From: Octopus vulgaris | Taxonomy: Eukaryota | DNA length: 64,000 nucleotides | Assembly: GCA_951406725.2 (NCBI GenBank) | Contig: OX597822.1 | Span: 66,402,001 to 66,466,000, forward strand | Direction: 5' to 3' | Part shown: one piece after another, positions 53,441 through 64,000 of the stretch | Layout: the number at the start of each line of letters is the position of its first letter | Position numbering within the stretch: position 1 is the stretch's first letter | Translations under genes and position numbers: made by a program | Notes under the pieces: model-generated | What the model saw: the letters and a program-made list of their open reading frames with translations, nothing else | What the model was told of the DNA's origin: nothing | Database searches by the model: none

Positions 53441-53766
53441 AAAGTAAATATGCAGTGACACAAGCCTTAAATAAGGGTCCAACAAGTGACGCACTTTGCT
53501 TAGAGAATATATCGTGGTGCTCTACTGTATGACTTCCTGAAGCCGTATTTGTTGCGGCTGAGAATAATGAACACCAGGTTATACAGTAAACTAATCTTGG
53601 GATAAATATGTAACCCACCCAGGAAAGAAAACAACTCAACTTGTTCTCTGGTGTATTTAGATTTAGTCAATTATCTGTAAACCAAACACACACGCGCGGG
53701 CACACACATACACACAAACCCACAAACCCACACACACACACACACATACACACAAACCCACAAACC

Positions 53767-53814
<48 letters not shown>

Positions 53815-53898
53815 TAGATAGATAGATAGATACACACAAGCGCATTAATATATCTAGAATGATAGATAGATAAACAAAGAGACACATACAGACGGACT

Positions 53899-54000
<102 letters not shown>

Positions 54001-55268
54001 CTCCATATCCTTTTCGCCTCCCAATTTCACTCACAAGGCTTTGGTAGCTTCGTGATTATAGTAAAGATAGCAGAAAGTTTCCGATGACGTCATAACGCAA
54101 GAGTAGACTGAGAACCTTGTTCCAAAGGGAAATTTTATCCAGTTTGCTTATATATTTTCAGCATTCAAGTCAGAGGTTTCGCATTGTAAATATGCCAAAA
54201 TTTTGCTCTGCAACTCCGTCGGAAGAAATATCATGAATAGTTTTCGATCGAAATCACCAGTGTATTGGATATATATCGCCACATTGGATATAAAGCACAC
54301 AAACACACACACACAAACACACACACACATACACACACATGACTGGCTTCAAAATGGTGTATCTTCAAACAGACATCTTCATATATATAAGTGCGATCGT
54401 ACGTCTTATTATATAGCACGTGTGCATTAGAATATATGTATAGGAGTGTATAAAAGTAAGATCTAATTGAAACATTACTAAGTTTACTTCCATTTTAAGA
54501 CAATAAGTATAACAAAGTTATGCAATTTTCTTAAAAATTATGAAAATCCTTAATGTTGCAAATCTAATAAAACGAAATATTAAGCTGAACCATTCAAAGT
54601 TGTACATTCGCTTGACGACATATTTTATAGATGTATCTATTGTAACATAAGTAAAGATATTAAGCTTTATTGATGAAAGAACCATGATTATAAAGATGAA
54701 TTCGTTGAATGTGCTTGAGGTCAATGTCTGAAGAATCAGAGAAAGGTTTCTGCGATAGAGATCTAGAATAGATATTTGAGAATATAATAGATTTTTCAAT
54801 AGCTCAATAATTGAATCGATTATTATTCATAGCTAACAAATTGGTGGTCGAGCAGAATACATTCGATTTCTCGTGTAATATTCGTCGCCCAGTCATATAT
54901 ATTATATATATATTAGAAGAGTTACATTTTGTGTGTTCGTGCGTTCTTGTGTGCGTGTGTGAGCGCGTGTATGTGTGTATACACACGCACACATACATAG
55001 TCACAGAGGTATAGATTGAGATACATGTTGATGAATAGCTACTTTAATATACATTTTGAAACGCGTAGCAGACACATATGCACAAAGACTGATTCTGCAC
55101 TTTTCAAATACGTGAACACGTTTAGCGTTGATTCATGTCGACATTTCGTAAACAGGAAGATGAAAGATGAATGAACGTGTTATTAAATGAACGTTCATCA
55201 CCCCTTTGCATGCGTATATATATGTAGGTATATAGACAAACAGATAAACATCTATGTATACGACGTAT

Positions 55269-55358
<90 letters not shown>

Positions 55359-55824
55359 GGATAATATCGATATTTAAATATCGATATTATCAAGTGGCCA
55401 GCATGGGAAAACTACCATACAAAGGTAATACTTTTTTTACAACTAAAAATAAGGGTGTCTGAGAGACACCACCATGCCGAAATAGCAGTCAAAACCCTGA
55501 CTCTAAGAACCACGTTAAATGTTCATATCACACCATGAGATAAGACAGAGGGACAAAATAGACTAGCAAAAAGATATTACTGAATAATTCAAGATCCTGG
55601 ATTTCTAGCTTTGCTTTAAATAAGCTTTGCCTCGTCAGTTGAATATATCAGATGGGCACATTAATACAAATAAATATATGCAGAACAAACGTTATACTTA
55701 CATATACGAACGTCCATACATACATATATATGCACGTATGTACAAGGCCAGTTAAATTGCCCGCCAATAACACCCCATAAGCACGATATGATCAAAATAA
55801 ACACCGCAGTATATATACTATATA

Positions 55825-56139
55825 TCACCGTCACTGTGACCACCGTGACCGACCAGGCAATCAGATGTTGCTACACATCGCTGGTCACAATGCGCTTTCC
55901 ATTGTTTTAGCCTTCAAGTGACGCCACCCCGCTGGCTAAGCGTGCAGGCCAACAGAAGAGAGAGTGAGAGAAAGTTGTGGCGAAAGAGTACAGCAGGGAA
56001 CGCCACCACCCTCTGCTGGAACCTCGTGGAGCTTTAGGTCTTTTCGCTCAATAAACACTCACATCGTCCGGTGTGGGAATCGAAACCGCAATCTTACATC
56101 CGCGAGTCCGCTGCCCTAACCACTAGGCCATTGCGCCTC

Positions 56140-56142
<3 letters not shown>
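55825..56142 (-). mobile_element. SINE C head with a third tail type
   Basis: Same head as 34715; tail ttggcctgc...gtgaccagcgatgtgtagcaacatctg...cacggtg. Confidence 0.85.
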
Positions 56143-56218
<76 letters not shown>

Positions 56219-56259
56219 ATGTACAGAGAGAGAGAGAGACAGAGAGACAGAGAGACAGT

Positions 56260-57119
56260 GTCCTCACATAGACAATGCGTTTTTTTTCAACTGCATGAAC
56301 TAAAAGTTGGATATGGACGAGATAAACTATCTGCATCCAACTTGTTATAAAAGCAGGCTGTAAATTTTCAATGTACTTATTCTTACTGCAAGTTTTGAAG
56401 GGCGCAGTTCGATTTTAACTATCATTTTTTCAAAGCAATAATGGAAGTGACACAGGTGCATATTGAGCATATTTTGCTTTGTGAGGCAACAACACAAGGG
56501 AGTGAAACAACTGAACAGAAAGGGGTCGGACAATAAGCATAAGCCAGTGCTATCTGTGGTTTCAGAAATTCCGAGCCGGAAGACTAGCCTCATCCTGGAA
56601 TATCTGTAGGACTCGACGATGACGTCCTGCAATCCCTGTTGGAACAAAATCTCATCGTAACAGTTTGAAGAACCAGCAGAGAAGCTTGGATTTGGTCATC
56701 TATCCAGTCATTCAAAGTCAGCGGTAGAAGAAAAGTGACCATCTTTGGTTTCCCATGCAGTGAAGATGACATTCCAAAGGGTGAGGCAGTTTGAGTTTCA
56801 ATGGGAAACGATGCTTCACCCAACATGTTCGCCGGACATTGCTCTGTCTGATTATCATTTATTCCGCAGTCTCCCAAATCATCTGGACGGGAAAAATTTG
56901 AATTCTGTAGACGAGGTCAGAACAGTGCTTGGGGAATATTTTTCGTCACGGACGACTGAACTTTTGATAGGGTGCATTGGAAGTCTACCAGACAGATGGA
57001 AGAGCATTGTAAAAATTGAAGGAGAGTACATTTGAGATAACAAACGAACTTTGTTTATCGTAATTTTGAAAAATAAAAGTATTTAAAAATCAGCATTATT
57101 AAATATGGGATGACCCAAT
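56260..57119 (+). mobile_element. Defective mariner transposon
   Basis: MEVTQVHIEHILL at 56441; HPTCSPDIALSDYHLFRSL (cf. YSPDLAPSDYHLF); right TIR atgggatgacccaat, decayed left TIR. Confidence 0.85.
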
Positions 57120-57527
57120 TTGTATGTATGTATGTATGTATGTATGTATGTATGTATGTATGTATGTATGTATGTATGTATGTATGCATACATGTATGTA
57201 TTTTATACATATATCAAACTTTATATGCGTGTGAATATGCCTATTCGCATTTATATCATGCGTGTAAGTTTCATATTTACCTTTTTGTATCGTCATCCAC
57301 TCTTCTATTAAGGGTCAGGTTTTACTATAGACATCCATGTGATTTTTCCTATTACAATTTTTAGGGAGCATTACAGAACAAACGTAATTCAAAATGTATA
57401 AGCAATTTCTTAGACTTACTTAATCGTATCAAGCACCATGCATGAGACTCAAGGCAGCGTTACTTTGAGAATATTTTTACGATTAAGGTGTACGAATGTA
57501 CGTATCTCTCTCTCTCTCACTCTCTCT

Positions 57528-57591
<64 letters not shown>

Positions 57592-59210
57592 TCCTGTATG
57601 CGTGTGTGTGTGTGTGTGCACAATCAATTCTCGAGTCGGTGTTTTGGGCGATTGCAGCAATGTAGGTGCCTTTACAACCTTAGACGCATTTAGTGACAAT
57701 CATACTTTTCTTTAATGGCATCGCATTGTGCATGGCAGTTTATATTAATTAACACACGCTGAGGACGGCTAACCACGTAAGACTAGAAATGGGAGCTATG
57801 GCCACGTAAGGTTAGAGATGGGAGTGATGACCTACCCTTGCAAATACTAATCGGACTAAGAATGTTAGCCAGCTGGAGGAGATGTCTTCCCGGTACTATA
57901 AACATCACTAGCACTCTGCTATATAGGACTTCACGCTTAGTTGGCAAATATATGTTACGGTTCCGTACTGCTACTGTTTATATCACGTTCATATAACATT
58001 AAGGAAAGGAGAAGGAAATCCGTACTACATGTTGTTTTGTAACCAATTTGAGCAATCTCACCTCAAACATATAACACATACAAACAGCTTAGTTTTTCTT
58101 CAGGTTGGATTAGCTGCGGTTCTAAGAAGTCATTGTCGTAAAGAGAGAAGTGAAGTATTAAGTCATTTCGGACACAGTAGAACAGTGGGTGGATACAAAG
58201 CTAAGTCAACTGACCAATGAAAAATTATTATCAGCAGGCAATCTATACCAGGGAGGAAAGTGTGTATTTAAGGAGGTCGTTTCATTTAAAGAGAAAGGAT
58301 ATCGGCATTAGAGTAAGATGGGGTGAAGAGATCAAAGGAGGTGAGATCTAACAAAAAAAAGGCTATAAAACTGGAATTTCGGCGCCAGGTCGCCAGCGGA
58401 GAAGATAAAAAATTAAAGAAATAATACACAATTAAGCATGACTGTTGAGATAAATAGACTTACAAAAGTCTATTTATCTCAACGTATACAAAAATGGTGC
58501 ATATATAAAATAATATATATAAGTAAATGACAAAGATATAAAACAAAATATAAATACATACATTAATAGAAAACCATACAAAGAATATACTCAACGTGCG
58601 CACGCGTGTGTGCGTCTCTAAATAACACGAAAAAGTTGTCGAATTCCCCGTCAGTGGTATATACAATCTCAGTGTTTATTCGGGCACCGGTTTCGCAAAT
58701 AGCCAGTGAGCTTACCAAAAGACAACTATTAGCGACAGCAGCAGTATTAATATCAAAAGTTAATGTTTATCTCCAGTGTATATGCACAGACGTTTGCCAT
58801 TAAGAAGCCCACGAGAGGGCGGAGTAATAAAATCTGGTGGGTTCGGCTTCCATTGCGGAGGATTATCACCCGTCGTCAATACAAACAAGAGTGCTTATGT
58901 GCACCACCAGTCCATACGAGAGGTCCTCTCATGGGAAATAACGCAGTATTCTGTGTTCTAACACAACATCCACTTTAAGAGAGACATTGAGATTTCATTA
59001 TGTTGTTAATACTCTTAAATTCCGACGATGTTTCTACATACACCAAGCGTTTTTACAACTATCATGATAATTGTCGGTAGTGGAAATCTTATGAGTCTTA
59101 TGTCTAGATATTGTTATATTAACAACTCCTCTTAAAAAGTAATTTGTACACTTTCATAAATTCACATTCTTTAGTCATACGATTTTAGACGTTAATACTG
59201 TGAGCCTGTT

Positions 59211-60002
59211 AAGGCGACGAGCTGGTAGAAACGTTAGCACGCCGGGCGAAATGCGTAGCCGTATTTCGTCTGTCGTTACGTTCTGAGTTCAAATTCCACT
59301 GAGGTCGACATTGCCATTCATCCTTTCGGGGTCGATTAAATAAGTACCAGTTACGCACTGTTACTTAGTTAATCGACTTAATCCGTTAGTCTGTCCTCTA
59401 TGTGTTTAGTCCCTTGTGGGTAGTAAAGAAATGGGAATTTCGTCTGCCGTTACGTTCTGAATTCACATACTGCCAAGGTCGACTTTGTCTTCCATCCTTT
59501 CGGAGTCGATTAAATAAGTACCAGTTACGCCCTGGGTTCGACATAATCGACTTAATCCCTTTGTGTGTCCTTGTTTGTCCTCTCTGTCTTTAGCCCTTTG
59601 TGGGTAGTAAAGAAATGGGTATTTCGTCTGCCGTTACGTTCTGAGTTCAAATTACGACGAGGTTGACTTTGGCTTTCATCTTTTCGGGGTCGATAAATTA
59701 AGTACCAGTTTCTCACTGGGGTCGATATGATCGACTTAATCCCTTTGTCTGTCCTTGTTTGTCTCCTCTATTTTAATCCCCTTGTGGATAATAAAGAAAT
59801 AAGAAACGTTAGCACGCTGGGCGAAATTCTTAGCCGCATTTCGTCTATCTTTACGTTCTGAGTTCAAATTTCGCCAAGGTCGACTTTGCCTTTCATCCTT
59901 TCGGGGTTGATAAATCAAGTACCAGTTGCGTACTGGGGTCGATCTAATCGACTGCCCCCTTCTCCAAAATTTCAGGCCTTGTATCTAGAGTAGAGAAGAA
60001 TT
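59211..60002 (+). mobile_element. SINE B tandem array, 4 units
   Basis: One full head, three type-1 tails, terminal type-2 tail. Confidence 0.92.
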
Positions 60003-60867
60003 GTTTGAGCCGGCTCACACAATGTGTGCAATTAAAAAGCTGGGCACGGAGTGCTTGGAGGATAACGCACTATATGCGCATATATACACATCCTTCTCAT
60101 CCAGCTTTGGATTTAGCCTATGGTATTACCTTTATCTACTACCTAATATAAATAATTGGGACTTAACTTGCAACTCTTCTAGGAGAATTCCAGCATATCT
60201 TACAGCCATTATGAACATTACTTAACCGGTCTTTTATTGATCTCTTGTGATCTAAAATCCCTTTTCTATCTCAACCTGTATGTATGTACGTATGTCCTTA
60301 TACAGTTTTACTTCAAACGTACTTGCCAGAAGAGAAAGAGATGGTTTCTAACCCAAATCCAAGTCTCCTTCATTGGAATTTCAATATCAACAGTGTATTT
60401 ATGCATATATGTGTGAATATGTACAGTATTTGAAGTCAGCGCATGTGCGGATTTCTATGTTATGTATTACGTATGTATTCTCATGTATAGAGTTGCATGA
60501 CTACAATTTTTTTTCGGGATAATGCGATACTTTTTTTTATTATCATACATTGATTAATAATTTTAAATGTTTTAATGCATAAAAATAATCTTATACTATT
60601 AATACTATGAGAATACATGTGTTGAAATATTTAGTAAAACTGTCAGTGCGTGTGTAGTTGAATGAATATATATTTGAAATGAAACGTATTTGAACCATAG
60701 GTCAAGTGCAACGAATTTGAAAACTACATCCTATAAAATAATATCGAGTATATTTAACGTAACTGTACGCGTTAAATTTCTCCCATACACATACCATGAC
60801 ACAAACACACGAGTTCACGTACACAAAAAGATAAACGCTTATAAACAGATACATATAGTATAAATAT

Positions 60868-60917
<50 letters not shown>

Positions 60918-61788
60918 TTCGCACACACATAGACATGTATTTATGTGTGTGTTTGTACATTTACACACGGAGCACACAACACACAGGCACATGCACAGAC
61001 ACACATGCACACGCATATATGCTAATATAAGTGAGTCTGTGCGCGTTTTTATAGGGACTAGATTTTCCATGAAACGCTTAATCCGGGACGTGATTCGGTA
61101 TACGTATGCACAGATACAAACCTACATAAAGGCACGTACGTACGCATTCCTTTGGAATGTAGGATACTAATTTGATAAGCATATAAATTATATACCTTTT
61201 TATGCATGTGTCTCTTGCGGCAGTTTTACTGATATCGTAGATGCCCATTACTTTTTACTGTTACAGGTTTATAGCATCTAGACCATTGCTACGCAGTTTT
61301 ACAAAAATGCATCTTGACACATTCCTACAGAAGAAAGTAGTAAAACTGTATTTGAGAAATACGTTTACGACGAATAAATAAAAGTTTATTATGTCCAGTG
61401 ATATTTGCCTAAATGGCGTTTTCGCGTCACAAGTTATGCCCGTCAAGTTTGTAACCTCTAATAAGCACTACGCATTTTGACTCCTTAGTCATTCTTCTGT
61501 TTGTTATATCATTTCTCGGGCATTCATTTAGAACTGGGACCCTGGTGTTTCCTGTTGTGATACGCAAAATCTCTTAGTAATATTCAAGGAACTTTCAATT
61601 TCTAGAGGTTTGCTGAACTCAAAGAAACAATGAATTGGTTAGCTAAGATATAAATGTTTATTGAATTTAACGGTCTTACCCAGCAACATGCTATCAAAAA
61701 CACAATAAGTAACATAGTATAAAATTCGATCACTCACAGAGAGAGAGAGAGACAAGCAATTAACCCATAATAAAAACAAAATTATAAC

Positions 61789-61857
<69 letters not shown>

Positions 61858-62053
61858 TACACACATACACACGTATATACATACATATATACATGCATAA
61901 TATATATATATATATATTTATACGTACATATATACACATTTATGTATAAATACATATGCATGTGTTTGCGTGTATATATACCGTTCAATATTCTGAATGG
62001 AGGCAATGCAAGCGCAAACTAGAGGAACATAATTAATAATCACACACAAAATC

Positions 62054-62114
<61 letters not shown>

Positions 62115-63389
62115 TACATTCTTCTACATTCATAAAACTGATATAAAAATTCCAAATATATAAATATGAAAATACATTTAAATAGATAAATATCGATATG
62201 ATACATAAAACGCAGTGAATTTTAGATTTGAAAGTTACAATACATTGCTGTAATAAAACTTTGAGATGATAAAGCATTAAAACGACGTACTAAAATACCA
62301 CGAAAATATTACAAACATTCTAAAATTACACCTACGGGCTGTGGGCCGTTTCAGGGACGTGCCAAGGAATATGACACATTTCAAATTTTTAAAACAGACA
62401 CTCCCCTCGTGAGGATGTTTTCACACAATGTAATATGTATATATATATATAAATATATGAGTATATATGTGTGTGTGTGTGTGTATGTGTGTACACATGC
62501 TCACGTGCACATAAAGTTTGTGCTTGAACACCATTTATATGTAACAAGTTTCACTCAGAGTGCATTGACAGTATTGCGGCTTGCAAGAGAAGGTACTGGC
62601 CTCATATGACTCACTTGAGGGACCAACGGTAGCAAACCAGCCAGCATGAATTTGTGGTAGCAAACCAATCCAGCATGCGCAGCCATATTAGATGTGTTAA
62701 TATAGTTCTATGCTCGAAAACCATTGACCAAATAATCATTGCAATGCTCACTGATTATGTAAATATTCGCATATCATATTTGCTTAGATTTGTAAAACTA
62801 AGATAATAATTTTGATCTATAGAAATACAGAGATATATTTCAGAGGACAATTGTGGACATTGAAACATTAGCTTATAGACTATTCACACGATTTGATTAC
62901 TAGAACATTCTGCATTTGATTATGATAATGAAAGTGATCTAACGGAATGAATGCCTTTGAGTTAAAATGAGATTCCTGTACTACAGCAACGGCGCCCCCA
63001 ATACATTTAGCGACGAGGTTTTCCCGTAGAAGTCGATGAGTTTACTACAGCCATCAAAAATCTCATCCATTTATTCTGACAGATTTACTATAAGCCCTTA
63101 CTGGAAATTATGTTTAATTTATATCTTAAAACATTTTATATGTAGGCATGTAAAATTATACCATGACAAGTGTAAAAATCACACACACATATCTGTACTC
63201 AGCTACACATGTGTACAAATATGTGTGTGTGTGTGTGTGTAGCGTGTGACGAAGGGATAGAGAATTTATTGAAGGACAAGAAAAAGATGAAGCGATAGTT
63301 TTAAAGATAACTAGAACAAGAGATACATATGAATAAGACTGAGTTCATATGCTTATTTAATAAAACTGCGTTACGAAAGTATTGTCCTC

Positions 63390-63456
<67 letters not shown>

Positions 63457-63527
63457 CTGTTTCTTTCTCACTACCTCTCTCTCCCTCTTCGCATTTCTCT
63501 CTCTCTCTCATATATATATATATACGT

Positions 63528-63681
<154 letters not shown>

Positions 63682-63756
63682 ATATGATTCCCGACAATGA
63701 CAAGATACATTGGTGTCTACGAAAGTTTGTTGATATATGTGTGTGTTTTTGCGTCC

Positions 63757-63787
<31 letters not shown>

Positions 63788-63842
63788 GAGAGAGGGAGGA
63801 ACAGAAAGAGTGTAAGTGAGTGAGTGAGAGGTGAGAGAGAAA

Positions 63843-63890
<48 letters not shown>

Positions 63891-64000
63891 TATATACATA
63901 TATACACATACATATATGCATATATATATATATACATACATATATATATATACACATACATATATGCATATATATATATACACCTAGATGCCCACATATC

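Noticed and set aside
55025-55070. ttgatga...gaaacgcgta hammerhead-like relic
   Set aside because: Core mutated and stem II does not pair; not distinguishable from chance.
57768-57845. 29-bp tandem duplication, possibly an RTE 5' region or HDV-like ribozyme
   Set aside because: Could not build the nested double pseudoknot by eye.
62627-62680. 28-bp direct duplication ggtagcaaacca.ccagcatg
   Set aside because: Ordinary slippage duplication with no further structure.

Overview
AT-rich, microsatellite-saturated animal genomic DNA. I could not identify any host protein-coding exon, rRNA or true tRNA, so this is most likely an intron or intergenic region. The (TA)n/(CA)n/(GATA)n density and the tRNA-derived SINE families resemble an Octopus genome (inference from recall, not a database result). 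Almost all ORFs in the supplied track are microsatellite or SINE artefacts. The window holds: at least four tRNA-derived SINE families (CORE-like, Meta-domain and two others) with swapped tails; a 5'-truncated L1/Tx1-type LINE plus a second 3' fragment, both in (TATC)n; three R4/Dong-type 3' fragments, all in (AAT)n; a 2.1-kb ORF1-only (HAL1-like) insertion splitting a SINE; three dead mariner elements; Penelope-like remnants with several type I hammerhead ribozyme motifs; a 327-bp tandem repeat with inversions; and two long hairpins. The most interesting pattern is a set of retroelements that appear to target other repeats. It includes a Meta-SINE that shares its 3' tail with the Tx1-like LINE and forms arrays with only two recurring junction points. 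Family labels A-D are my own working names.
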